Assembly: GCF_000143415.4 (NCBI RefSeq)
Contig: NW_003314270.1
Span: forward strand, 470,527 to 534,526
Source: Selaginella moellendorffii
Taxonomy: Eukaryota; Plantae; Lycopodiophyta
DNA: 64,000 nt
Reading direction: 5' to 3'
The translations under genes and the position numbers were made by a program. Every line of letters begins with the position of its first letter. Position 1 is the stretch's first letter. Positions 14,203 through 26,730 of this stretch are shown in pieces. A model generated the notes under the pieces. It was given only the letters and a program-made list of their open reading frames with translations. It made no database searches and was not told the DNA's origin.

Positions 14203-14548
14203 ATGTCCAGGCCTATGGTGCTTGCTCTAGTGCTCCTGTTTTTGATTTTCTCCTCTCAAACGGAGTGGCTCCAACAAGTAAAGATTGAGCCCGAGCCAGA
14301 ACCACCCCCTAGAGCGCTACACGCATCCAGCCACCAAGTTAACGAACAGGTATTCTTTACACTTTCCTGGTAGAAAGAAACCCGGACAAACTTTGCTTTC
14401 TTCACAGATCATATTCCTACAGGAGAAACAAATCCACACACTCACTCAGCTCGTAAGAAGTTTGCGAAACCAATTGTCGCTCTGCCAGGAAACTCTCGCA
14501 AAGGAAAACGCCACCGAGACTCTGCTCGATGTCCCAGAAGCGGATTGA
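14203..14548 (+). CDS. Small (95 aa) plant protein with N-terminal TM/signal segment and C-terminal coiled coil; exons 14203-14349 and 14408-14548
   Basis: MSRPMVLALVLLFLIFSSQTEWLQQ...EQ|IIFLQEKQIHTLTQLVRSLRNQL, joined in phase by a 58-nt GT-AG intron; 5' UTR intron 14010-14191. Confidence 0.8.
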
Positions 14549-14813
14549 CGGTGTCGTAAGTATTTCGTGAGTGTGTAAGCTGGAAGTCTACAATAAAAAC
14601 TCGTTGCTCGTTTTCTAACACTCTGGCTGCGCTTTTTCCTTGCTTGCTTTTGTGTGCCTGGCCTGTTCTTTCGGTCCTCGCTAAAGCTACAATGCCTCCA
14701 CTGCAACGTGTACCTTATCGCGTTGCTCTCCTTTTTGTGCGAGACTGAACACTGTGCTCTTCCATTGTGCAGGCCAGCTTTGTACAACACGGGATACGAT
14801 CGAATCTCTGCTA

Positions 14814-15735
14814 TTACTCGAGGTGCCTAGTCAAACTTCTCCACAGCTGAGACGCTGGAACTTGAAGCAGCGTGTCGCTGCTGCAAGACAAGATCTTCCA
14901 CCAGTTGGAGGCCCGGATCTCCACCTCCAGCTGCTGTCGCTCCCACTCCACCTCGTTGACGAGGATCCGGACGTCCTCCGGATCCACAAGGCCGCGCTGG
15001 ACGCTGCTCACGGTCGATCTCAGCGTGTGACTTTGGCCGAGGTAAAGTCCATCTGTGAGCGTTCTGTAGCCTCGCAAGTGATTGCTGGACGTTAACAAGT
15101 GGACTTGTGGCTTGTAGGAAAACGGGAAGTGCGGCCCGGCCACAAACGCGGGACACGTAAGCTCGGCCAAGCGAATCGCGTCGGGCTCCATCAACGGGAC
15201 GTCGTCCACAGGGAAAGGCATGAGCTTGTTGAGAATGAGGCCCTTGCAAGAGCTCTCGCTGGACTGGATGATGAGAACCACCGAGTTTTGGAACAAAGAG
15301 TGCCTTTGCACGGCGCTGGTGGCGACGAGCACGGAGCCCGGCTCCAGGCACGAGATCTGGTGAGCCCAAGCTTGATGAGGCTGCTGCTGCTGCTGCTGCC
15401 CCGCCTCGTTCATCAGCAGCGCCGCTCGGAAGCTCCTCCAGTCGCGGAATCCCGACGAGCACGGCATGGAGGTGAGCTGCTTTCTAAAGCTGCCGCCACT
15501 TGGTGGGACGAGAGTTTTGACATCTCGCATTTCTTCCGAGGACTTCTCGCAGCTTATCCGGACTGGGAGTGGACAAAAGCTTAAATTTTTCAGCTACTTC
15601 GGCACAAGAGAGATCGTGTTTGTGGTAAGTACCTGTTCTTCCCGATCTCGTTCGCAAGTTCTTCCTTTTGCTGCCGCTGCTGCGACTGACTTGTGGCTGT
15701 AACAGGGACGAGAAGCTCGCGCTGCTGCTCGCCAT
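14814..15735 (-). CDS. DUF179 (UPF0301/YqgE/AlgH-like) protein with probable plastid transit peptide; exons 15735-15633 and 15562-14814
   Basis: DWRSFRAALL...WAHQI...EPGSVLVA...FQNSVVLII...GLILNK...W..QLE.EI motifs typical of plant DUF179 proteins. The Ser-rich N-terminus joins in frame across a 70-nt GT-AG intron. Confidence 0.8.
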
Positions 15736-16097
15736 CGCCTCGCGGCTGGAAGAACCAGATAAGAGAGAAAAAAAGAAGAGCGCTGCGAAAAAGGAGAACT
15801 AGAACGGAGGAGGAGGAGGAGGTCTGGGTGGGATTTATAATCCAGGTTTGCTCGTCTCACTGTTGATCGCTTTGGCAGTTTTGGGCGATGACAAGAACAT
15901 TTAAGTGCCGTGAAGCGTGTCATCGCGGAACTTGGGAGAAGAAAGAAAAGTAAAGCAAACACTTAACCGTGTAACGCAACAACGGGGAGAGAATGTGAGT
16001 GAGTGGTGATATGCCTTCCTTTTCCTTCCTTTATTAAATTGGCACGATGAGGAGATATGGATGCTCCCTGCTTTATTGTTGACCCGGACGAGGGGCG

Positions 16098-16127
16098 ATC
16101 GCGGCCGTCCAATCGGACGGCCGCGAT
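16098..16127. promoter_or_regulatory. GC-rich 13-bp-stem palindrome in a divergent promoter
   Basis: ATCGCGGCCGTCC-AATC-GGACGGCCGCGAT between the DUF179 and KH gene starts. Confidence 0.5.
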
Positions 16128-16369
16128 GTGGGTGTGGCAGTCAAACTGACTTTTTCTTTAATTTTTTTTTTTTTTTGCATGATTCCGAAAGGATATATTC
16201 GACGAATTATTTCTATTTTTCCGGGCTTTTCGTATGGGATGTTTTTTATTTGTCCACCTGGAATTATTAAGGGTTTAAATCATCACTTTAAGTGCTGTGC
16301 GGTTTTAGGGCTTGGGATTAGGGCTAGCAGGGCAGCGAATGCGGGAGGAGGATCCGTGCGACGAGAGCG

Positions 16370-18453
16370 GTGGCGGAGGAGGCGGAGATCGCTGTGGCGG
16401 TGGCGGCGGAGGAGGATCAAGATCAGCTGGAGGAGGAGGAGGAGGAGGAGGAAGAGGGACACGAGGAGGAGGAGGCACAGGAGCCCTGGAGTGATGCTGA
16501 TCAGCCGGAGCAGCTCAGATTCCACCAAAATCTCCCCTCTTTCCATCATAATCCGCCGCCGCCGCCCCCTAATCTCTACCAGCAGCAAGATCTGCCACGA
16601 CGGGACGGCGATCGGCAGCAGCAGCAGCAGCAGCAGCAGTTCCAGCAGGAGCAACATTTTCGGCGGAGGCGGCGCCGCGAGGAGAGGGAGCGCGATTCTT
16701 CGCATCATCACCACCACCAGCACGAGCACCACGAGCAGCATCATCACTCCTCGCAGCAGCAGCAGCAGCAGCAGCAGCATTTCCAGCAGCATTCGCAGGA
16801 CACGATGATGATGGAGCGGGGCATGTCGCCGGAGCCGCGCGGAGGAAGCCCCAAGCGCGCTCGCGGGGGCTCCATGAAGTCCTCCTCGGGTGAGAGTGGT
16901 GGAGTGAATTGGGTTTCCAGATCTCTGCTCTAGCTCGCTCGATCTCCTTTCTCGCAAGTCTCGCCCATGCTTTTGGTTCCTTCTTTCACGCTTTTTCGCT
17001 CTTTCCTCTTGCGTCCCTGCTTGTTTCGCGTGCAGTGAAAGTTTCTTTTCCTTTAGGCGTGGAATTTTCCTTTGATGCTTGTTCTTTCCCTCTGTTTTTC
17101 TCGAGGTTGGCACAAACAACTCACATTTTTTTTTCTTTCTGGGTGGCAGAGGATGGCAATGGCTCCCAGTCGAGTGCCAGGTTTCTTGTCTCCAATGCGG
17201 AGGCTGGATCTGTCATAGGCAAAGGAGGCGCGACTATAAGCGATTTGCAGTCACAGTCGGGAGCTCGCATCCAGCTCTCTCGTAGCCAGGATTTTTTTCC
17301 GGGAACAACAGACCGCGTTGTAGTTCTCAGTGGAGCTATCAACGATGTTCTCACGGCTCTTAACCTTATTCTTTCTAAGATCCAGAAAGAGGTATGCCCT
17401 CCTCGTTTTCGTCAACTAGGCCTATGACTGATCGTTGCTATCGTCTTCGTTTTCTTCAGACGGAAGACGACAGCCAAACTGATAGCAAGCCAAATCAACT
17501 TCGACTTGTTGTGCCAAACAGTGTTTGTGGAGCCATAATTGGCAAGGGGGGTGGAACCATCAAGTAAGCTTTTTCTGTTTGAGGAATCTCGTTCAAGCGT
17601 TCTTCCAGATCATTCATCGAGGACTCGGAAGCAAGCATTAAGCTGTCCGGCATACTACAGGGAATTAGTGACCGCCTGGTTACCATCACAGGCAGCATTG
17701 AGCAGCAGCTCAAGGCCGTGGAACTTATTCTCACGAAGTTGCTCGGGGATTCTAGCTATCTTGATTATGCTGCAGCTCCTCTTTCTTACACAGGTACCAA
17801 CTAGATGAACTTGCTCTTTCTCACTCTGTCCTACATTTATTTCTTTTTTATCTTTTCAGGGTGTATAGGACTTCCACAGAACAGAGTAGGCCGCAACATC
17901 GCATCTGCCATTCCGTCCAACGTAGGACCTGCAAGCAAGGTGAGTGATTTGCTTCAAATTGTTTCGATTGTTCTATCTAAACTCGTCTTTGTTTCCAGGG
18001 GATGATGACTCCAATACTGCCTATGAGAGCGCCATACCCGGTGCTCCTTCCCGTGCTCGAGTCCTGCCCTGTCACGACCTCCATTACGCTGGCTGTTCCC
18101 GACGAACACATTGGAGCCATTGTTGGTCGCGGCGGAAAGACTCTCGGAGAGATTCAACAGGTAAGAGACGCACACTGTTCCTTCCAAAACTCTCATTTAT
18201 GATCATTGTTTGTGCTTGTTTCAGGCTAGTGGTGTTACTATCAAGATTTCAGAGCGTGGGGATTTTGTTTCAGGCACAAAAAATAGGTGAGAGTTTTCAA
18301 AGTATGTTCTCGATCAACAACTTAGCATCTCTCGCTTGGTTTTTTTTTTCGGTGAGCAGGAAGGTGACATTGGTGGGAACAGCTGAGGGTTTACAGATTG
18401 CACAATTTTACTTGACAGCGAAGGTTCAAGCCGCGTCCGATCGCGAGAGGTGA
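16370..18453 (+). CDS. BTR1: Three-KH-domain RNA-binding protein, BTR1/Nova-like, multi-exon; start codon uncertain
   Basis: KH GxxG loops [24 protein letters not shown]; [24 protein letters not shown] introns, e.g. 16890-17149 and 17392-17459; stop ending at 18453. Confidence 0.88.
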
Positions 18454-18704
18454 GAACCCAATGTCGAAAAAAAAAGAGAGCTTTTGTTCTTGACATAATA
18501 CATTCTCTTGTGTTAGGAAAGATCTAGCTACTTATAAAAATGTACTGACTAGGCACATAAAGGTTTTCTTATAATCAAGCTTTTCTTGCTAACATAGAAG
18601 TTCCTTTACTATAATCAAGCTTTTCTTGCCAACATAGAAGTTTTAAAGATCCATTCAAATTTTTGTAGCCTCTTGCTAGGGTTTATCGACGAGGCGAGCG
18701 CACC

Positions 18705-21700
18705 ATGGACGAGCAGGCGGCGCGATCGTCCGGTTTTGTGGTAGGAGTGATCGAGAACAGGGCCAAGGAGGTGAGATCTCGCCATATTTCATCAATCTTT
18801 CAACCGATCGATCGATCTGCGAGAAATATCACATTTCGGGCTTGATTCTCAGGTAGGACTGGCGGCATTCGATCTGAGAACAGCATCGCTGCATCTTTCG
18901 CAGTACATCGAGACGAGTCGCTCGTTCCAGAACACGATGACGATGCTCCATTTCTATAATCCCTCCGAGCTCATTCTTCCGGCGACTAGTCCGGCGTTTT
19001 CTTCCGGGTCCGTGGCTCTCAAAGCCTTTTGCAGCCGGTCCGACGCACGAAAGGTGCGTGTACTGTGTGTTCTTCGCTGCTTTTGGTCTAACCGAAATTT
19101 CTAAGGTGGAGCTGTCCCGAAAGTGGTTTGATGATACAAAGGCGAGTGAATCTTTCTAGTGCTTTCTTTCCTTTATTTTATGTTTTCTCATGGATAGAAC
19201 TTGCCAATGCAGGGCCTCCTTTTGATCCAAAGCCTGGCTTTGAAAGATTCCAATCTTTGTATGTCTCAAGGCTACAGCAAGCAGTACTATCTTTGTCTCG
19301 GTGCTGCCGCTGCTGTTGTTAAGTGGTGAGTAAAGAACTCTTAGTATTAACACCGCTTTACGTCCTTCATTGTAGGATCGAAAGTGAGAAAGGTGTCTTG
19401 CTCACGAACAATTCCCTGCGGGTATGTTTCATCGTTTGGCATAAAATTGTAGCGACTTGGATATTTTACTAGATTACATTCAATGGTTCGGCAGACCACA
19501 TGAGCATAGACATTACAAGGTAAGTAAGTCATTTTCAATGAGCTGTTCGCACTCACTTTTTCAAAATTTAAATAGCGTGCAGAGCCTTCAAGTGATCGAG
19601 TCGAGTGCTCTGGCACCGATTAATAAACTGAAAAAATGCGGAAGCCTGTTTGGGATATTGAGCAAGACAAAATCAACTGGAGGGTTAGTCGTGCGGCATC
19701 GTGGCTATTCTTTCTAATACATTTTTAGTTTCAGCGCGAGACTTCTTCGTGCGAACCTCCTACAGCCTTTAAGAGACATGGACACCATCAACACACGTCT
19801 CGATTGCATGGTTAACGTGGATATCTGCTCGGAATTTTGGATTCTACGGCTTCCTTCATGCAGGACGAGTTAACAAGCAAGGAGAACCTTTTCTTTGGGT
19901 TGAATCAGGTGCTTCAAAGATTCCCAAAAGATCTTGGTAAGACATCTTCCTGTCGCGATTTTAAGTTAACGTTCATTTCTCACAGACAGGGTCATCTCTC
20001 ACTTTTGCTTCAAGCCAAAGAAGCTCGGTGAAGGATCTTCAAGGAGTCAGTCGGTGGTAGCGAGTGTTGTACTCCTCAAAGAAGCAATGGAACTTCTCCC
20101 TGCGCTGCTCCAGGTGGGTCCCTTGTATGCCTTCATATCTGATTCTTCTTTGATGTTTAGGTTCTTCAAGATGCAGAGAGTACGTTTTTCCAACGCGTCA
20201 AACAGACAGTTTGCATGCGGCAATGCTTTTCTTTTATAAAGCAGAGGTTCTGTATAACTTTCAATTTCAATGTCTGATTTTATTCTTTGTCGCAGAATAC
20301 AGGAAACTATCTCTGAAGACGTTTTTAACGCCAGGATGCCTTTCGTTGCTCGAACTCAACAGTGTTTTGCAGTGAAACCAGGAATCGACGGTTTTCTGGA
20401 TGTTGCCCGAAAGATCTTCTGTGATACAAGCGAAGGTCGGATTTATTATGCAATTTCGTTCACTGTTGTATGTGACTACAGCCATTCATTGCCTCGCAAA
20501 GTCATACCGCGAAAACTTTCAGCTTCCGAGTCTAAAGTTGCTTTATAATAAGTCGAAAGGCTTTTCTATTAGCATTCCAATGGCTGAGTTTGAGCAAGCT
20601 GGCCTTCCCAAAACGTTTATCCAGGTACATGTCGCCTTGCGTTCGTAATTATAGGAGTTATGCAGGTAGTCAAGCATGCGAAATATGTACACTGCTCTAC
20701 GATTGAGTTAATCTCAGTGAGTGTCTGCCTACGAGTTTATTTAATCTGATTGCTTCAAAACTCGGAAGCTTAATACCAGGAACAAAAAGGCCGCGGATGA
20801 TTGTTATGCGAGGACAGAACACTGCCTGGAAGGTTAATATCACCCTCGTTGTGTGGGACTTTTAACAGTTCCTTTCTGTGCAGCTCTTACCCAAGATATA
20901 AGGGAGCATGTTCCTTCTTTGATGCTGCTCAGCGAATCTCTCTCCTTGATAGATATGATCACAGCGTTTGCTTCCATGGTTTCGCTGAAGCCTGCTGGTA
21001 GCTACGTTCGGCCAGAATTTACTGGTAAGTGGATCTGCAGTTTTCTTTATGGCTGTTAACGTGCTGTTTGTTTACAGAGGATGGGCCCATAGCAATTGAG
21101 ACCGGGAGGCATCCTATTCTGGAGAGTCTTCCTTCTGGAGATTTTGTGGTGAGTGTACAGTTGTACATGTTAGTCACTAAGATCTGCAGCATTGTGAATG
21201 TAGGCAAACAATACTTTCCTATCCGAAGCATCGAATATGGTTATCGTCACAGGTCCTAACATGTATGGATTCTTACCATTGTGATATTTTTCACTTTCAT
21301 TTCATGTCTTTGTAGGAGCGGGAAAAGTACGTATCTGCATCAAGTCGCCCTTATAACCATACTAGCACATATTGGATGCTACGTTCCCGCTCAATTCGCC
21401 TCGTTTAGAGTGGTGGACCGACTGTTCACCAGAATCGGGGAAGCTGACGACATGGAGATGAACTCCAGTAGCGTGTGTAGACTTCCAAGTTTTGATACCG
21501 CTTGAGTTTCTTACGTCTATTTTTTAGTTCATGAGGGAAATGCGGGAGGCTGCATACTTTGTGCAGAATGTGACTCCCAGGTATGGAAGAGGCTTTCCTC
21601 TATTTGCACTAAAACCATTTTGGTCCAGGAGCTTAATTCTTATCGATGAGCTTGGTCGATCAACCTCATCTTACGATGGACTGGCTCTAGCCTGGAGTTT

Positions 21701-22300
21701 CAGTGAGTACTTACTGTCGCTGAAGGCGTAAGCGTAAAACGAGATCGAATTACTGATTGTGGTTCTCATTCCTTGTTCCTGTCTGCAGGTACGTCATTTT
21801 TGCAACGCACATGCAGAAGCTTGGAGAACTGTCCACGATCTATCCAAACGTGAAGGTGTCTTTCTTCGCTGTCAATATCAATAACAACCGTCTCAACTTT
21901 GAGGTATCTTAAAAAGCTTGTGAAAGATTGATTCGTGTTCTTACCGGTGGCTGGATCAGTTTACGCTCCGAGAGGGCTGCACGAGTATCGCGCACTACGG
22001 GTTACTGCTGTCAAACGTTGTGGGCCTACCGCCTTCGGTGATTCAAGGGGCCAGGAGAGTTATCGATGCTCTCGAGAGCAGGGTAAGGAGCTTGCACATT
22101 AATGTAAATGTGATACTCACAGTGCCTCGCCGTCGCAGGAGTCAAAAGCCCTGGAAACATATAGGCTGTCATCAACCGGGAGATCCCTGCAAAAGGATTA
22201 CCACGTTGCGCAAAGGCTGCTTACGCTCAAGCAAGCAAAAATGGAGCCAGACGTTCTGCGTGGCTATCTCGCGAAGCTCCAACAAAGTTGCTTGGAATGA
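18705..22300 (+). CDS. MSH4: Meiotic MutS homolog 4, many small exons
   Basis: [40 protein letters not shown]; [23 protein letters not shown]; P-loop GPNM|SGKST; [16 protein letters not shown]; FATH; stop TGA at 22298-22300. Confidence 0.95.
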
Positions 22301-22349
22301 ACTCAATTGCCGAGGGCTAAGTACGGTATATGAAAAAATTACAAATGTA

Positions 22350-23300
22350 CTAACCTGCCCATTTCACACTTTTTACATGACCATTGTTATCCCAATATAC
22401 TCTACTCCTTGAAACCAAGCTTCCGTGAGAATTGTATGCTTCTAGCTGATCATCTCCAACTACAACCAATTCGCTTATTGGCCCTCCTTTTAGCTTTCCA
22501 TCCAAAAATTCCCATTCTAACTTGTCTTCGTTCCAAAAGTAAAGCCAACTCGCGTTGCTCTCCGGACACCATTTCATTATCACCAACACAACCTTATTCA
22601 AAGTTGCCATGACTGGCATCATACCATCGTCAATGAAATACTTTGCAAAAGGTTGTCTCCACCCTTTCTTATATACACCATTGTAGTCCAAATCCAGAAA
22701 TCTCCATTCTAGCATCAATGTTTTGATCTCGTATGATAAAGGATCCAATGAATTGGTTTTGATCTCGCGCTTAAAAGCCCCAACGATCTTATCTTGTAAC
22801 ACGAGCAGTCTCTCCAATTGGCAACCCAAAGGAAATCTTTGTTGCAAACTCCATTTGTTCGAGCGCAGATTATACTTTTGTATCTTGAAATCAGCTGCAA
22901 TGTAGATGTTATCCTTAAAATACACCATCTGTGGATTGCTCGGAAAGTTTGTGACCCAAGTGATTGGATGATCAATCCTTTTGCAAAGGTTGAATAAATG
23001 GGATTTTCCAAGCTTTCTGCAATACATGATCACAAACCCCTCCATACAACACATAACATTCCACTCGTCCCTAGGGTCTTGTGTTGGACGTGGAAGAGCT
23101 AAATGTCCTAGTATCTCGTAAGGGAGCTTTATCATCCTAGATTGGCCCTGTGACTGATCTTGCTTAGTTCCACTGGAAGACGCCCCCTTTTCATCTGATG
23201 CCACCTGTTCAGTTCCACTGGAGGAAGTGCTTTGCTCAATTGCAAGTGAGGCAGTCATTCTTGAGATAATTCTCCTCATAACGCGCAATTGCGTACCCAT
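22350..23300 (-). CDS. Intronless lineage-specific protein (~316 aa) with possible kelch/beta-propeller-like repeats
   Basis: Long open frame with ATG at 23300. YFKDNIYIAADFKIQKYNLRSNKWS resembles a kelch blade; telo-box-like AAACCCTAAA just upstream. Confidence 0.6.
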   Translation of the reverse strand: MGTQLRVMRRIISRMTASLAIEQSTSSSGTEQVASDEKGASSSGTKQDQSQGQSRMIKLPYEILGHLALPRPTQDPRDEWNVMCCMEGFVIMYCRKLGKSHLFNLCKRIDHPITWVTNFPSNPQMVYFKDNIYIAADFKIQKYNLRSNKWSLQQRFPLGCQLERLLVLQDKIVGAFKREIKTNSLDPLSYEIKTLMLEWRFLDLDYNGVYKKGWRQPFAKYFIDDGMMPVMATLNKVVLVIMKWCPESNASWLYFWNEDKLEWEFLDGKLKGGPISELVVVGDDQLEAYNSHGSLVSRSRVYWDNNGHVKSVKWAG

Positions 23301-23460
23301 CACCCTAAACCCTAAATTTGTAAAGCTGCCCTGATTTATATACAAGCAAGCCTTACCTTTGTATTAAAAAGAATTAATTCATCTCATATCGATCATTCTC
23401 ATAAGCCCTGGGCTTCCGGCCATGTCCCGAAGGTGATGAAGCAATATACGAGAAGTTTCT

Positions 23461-23622
23461 TTTTCATGGATGGAACTTGCCAATGCAAGGCCTCAGTATT
23501 AACACCATATTACTTTGTCACGAGGATTTGTGGAAAATTGTAGCAACATGGATCATATTGCTAGTTTGCAACATTAATTTTGAATGAGCTGTGCGCACTG
23601 CCGTTTCAAGAAGCGTGCAGAG
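23461..23622 (+). pseudogene. Deleted, degenerate duplicate of the MSH4 5' region (19185-19585)
   Basis: Colinear blocks TCATGGAT.GAACTTGCCAATGCA.GGCCTC, AGTATTAACACC, AAAATTGTAGC.AC.TGGAT, AATGAGCTGT.CGCACT and GCGTGCAGAG. Confidence 0.75.
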
Positions 23623-24178
23623 AGATCAATTCCAGCTCCACTCCATCTAGAGCACCTGATCAAGCATCTCTCAACCTTATCTCCAAAATGTAAAAATTAG
23701 CAGAACTGGTAGCCGCCCTCGAGCGACGATAGTTTCTCCCGTCTCAATTCCCAACCCCTCTCCGATTCGACATAGGATATCGTTGTTAGTTGTATTATGG
23801 TGATCTACATTTCCAGATATAAGGACCATCTTCCAGCGAGCAAAATCCCCAAGGATGAACGTCAAAGCCAGCAGCTTTAGATGCCAGATAAAAAACAAAA
23901 CTATTTATATTAATAATAAAAGCTTTTTAAAGACTCCCATCAAAGATTGGGCATGATTTGCTTATGCTTGGAGCTGCATTACAAATGCCCTGGATATCTT
24001 TTTTCTTCTTAAAAAACAAATAAGAAAGTTTATTGCACCCCTAAAATCTGTTCTTAAAAAAGTTTAGTGAGGATGCGCCCCAAACAAAATTTATATACAA
24101 GAGTGAGAATAATAATAATATACAGCATCATAGTTATCTTAGAGGATAGAACCAACCTATACTAACTCTGATGTTAAT

Positions 24179-25149
24179 TGTTACTATAGCCATTTAGAGG
24201 TTTGTCTTCAGTGTCGTCATTGTTTTCCATCACACCACCCACTTGCTCTTTGCTTCATGCCAAAGCTTTCTTTTGTATTTTGTTTCACACACTTGATACA
24301 ATGGTTTCCATCCCTTATGCAACCCTAGGATTATTATTAATCACCCACTAATTAATCATACTTTCCACTAAAGAATCCAAAGTTAGAATAAACACGGATG
24401 GACAAATGGGGTAACTTTGTGAAGTGTTCAAAAGTTAACTCTATCAATCTAAAATGAAGGGAAATCCATGATTTTGACTTTATCTCAGTTGTGAGCACAC
24501 TTTAGCCAATATTTATACTCTATCCCAAAACATCTCATCCTTTGAAACCTCTTGAATAAATTGTCATACTTAATGTCTTTAGATTTGTGCCTCCTTTTTC
24601 TTTTTGCTAGCTTTATGGTAAGAGTAACTTGATTCTTTCTTTGGTGCTTCCTCTTTCCTTACTATCTAACATCTTCTACACTAGAACAAAATGGCCTTTG
24701 ACTTGGAAAGGTAACTTAGCATGTTCAGCACTTACTTTTCTCCCACTCTCCACGTTCACTCTTCATTCCCAGGTAGTGCACTAGAAATGTGGAGGGAAAC
24801 TCTATAAACACTAAAATGAGTGAGCATGGAAAAACCCTTATTGCCTAAAAACTTGAACATCCTTACATTGTAGTGGTAATTGTCACTACAGCCATTTAGA
24901 GGTTTGTCCTCTTTGACACCAGCCTCTTTGGCAATGCTATTGTTACTTTCCATCACACCACCCATTTGCTATTTACTTCTTGCAAACACCTTCTTTTGTA
25001 TTTTATCTCACACACTTGGATACAATAGTCTCCATCCTTTATGATGGAAAAACACTCAAGGGTCACAACCCTAGAATTATTGCTAAACCCCCACTAATTA
25101 ATCACACTTAATCTAAAACAAAGGGAAATCCATGATCTTGACTTTGACA
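24179..25149. repeat. Pair of diverged ~270-300-bp LTR-like direct repeats (24179-~24483 and 24881-25149)
   Basis: Shared AGCCATTTAGAGGTTTGTC...CATCACACCACCCA...GGGAAATCCATGAT; second copy bounded by TGTCA...TGACA. Confidence 0.65.
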
Positions 25150-26730
25150 ACAGAAGCACCATGAAAAATTGATTTAATAGATTTACAAGAAGATAAAATA
25201 GCTAACTAAACAATTATACAAGTTCTAAATACAAGATCTATTACTGCACATAAAAAAAATATAGAGTGATTCACAATTATTAACATCAGATATAATATGT
25301 ATGCAAGTGGGCATACTTTAGCCCCTTGACAGATTCTATGGAAAGATCATATTTAGCATAAGCTAAAGATTGGGTAACAAAGTGGTGGCAACCAATCTTT
25401 CTAAGGTGGCTTTAGAGACATTCTATTTATAGAGGATTCTCACTATTATTTGGAAGAACCCAAAGAATAAATTCATGAAGATGAATAATGAGCCCATGGA
25501 TTTTTAAAAGGGGATTTTGGAACAATATATGACAGCCATAGCTAAGGAGAGTAAAAGTGGGTATGTGCCACTCTAGATGACTAGTTAAACTCAAAGACAT
25601 ATAGGTTAGATCAAATTGTTTGAGGTTAAAAAGGTGCAAGGTTTGGCTCTTATGGGATTGGTAGGGAAGGAGCTCCCTTATGAAATTGACTCATTCACGA
25701 TTGTAGCAAGGTTTTTAAAGGTATTATTACTACTAAGCAGTTAGATATTGTTAGTGCTCATGATACAAAATTCATAAATAAATTTTAGAAGGATTTCTTC
25801 TATGGTTTGTCTAAAACTTAATAGTGTTGTGTTAATCATCCACAAATGGATGGGCAAATAAAAATATGAATATAAAACATGTTATATACTAGTATTGGTG
25901 AGAACCTAAAAAAGTGGGATTTGTTTATATCTTTGGCAAAGTTTAATATAACAATAGCACTACTATAACACCAATATTTTGTTATATATATTGGATACCA
26001 ATTGATGTTTGTATTCATTAGGTAGATTTTGTAAATGTGGATGTCAATGCTAAAAATTTAATAGCAGAATTAGATGAGATTCTACATGATTGTCAAGGCA
26101 ATCTTATAAAAGCTTAATATAGTCAACAAAGTTATGCCAAATGAGCATAAAAACTATTGTCAATATCACATGGGTATTAAATTATATATGGATTTTTTAT
26201 TTACTCTTCTAAATACTTGTATTACTTCCTTACAAAAAGTTGTAAACAACTAAAGAAAATTATTTAAAATATGATTCATTAGAATTTAAATATAAAAATA
26301 AAGGAGTGCTCACCTGGTTTCTATATTTAAACTTTATGGCTTGTCTATTAAATTGTTATCTTTGATTTCTTACACTAAAGTCTTAAGAGAGATGCAAAGG
26401 TCAAGCCATAAAGCTTCTATGATTTTAACCTCATACATGGATTTTAAGAGAAAGGGCAAGCGAATAAAATGGTTAAGGGTATTGGGATAGTCAAGAAAAT
26501 TCAATAAAGTTCTTTAAACTTTTGTTGACTAACTTTATTTGGTGATCAATTTTAATCGTTCATACAAATAGAAGCACTCAAATTCAGCCAACTTCACAAC
26601 ATTATTCTTGTTTGCTAGAAGTCAAGGACCCAAAGAATTTCTACAAGTTTTTAGGGACAAAAGGGTATAAAAGTGAGAGCAATGGAAAAAATATCAAAAC
26701 GTATAAAACAAGGGGGATTTTATATTTAAC

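Noticed and set aside
14754-15584. Overlapping ORFs on both strands
   Set aside because: GC-rich shadows of the DUF179 gene.
16128-17119. Long alternative-frame and antisense ORFs (226 and 278 aa)
   Set aside because: Shadows of CAG/GAG trinucleotide-rich KH coding sequence.
18569-18642. 40-bp-period tandem duplication between the KH gene and MSH4
   Set aside because: Ordinary local slippage duplication; no evidence of function.
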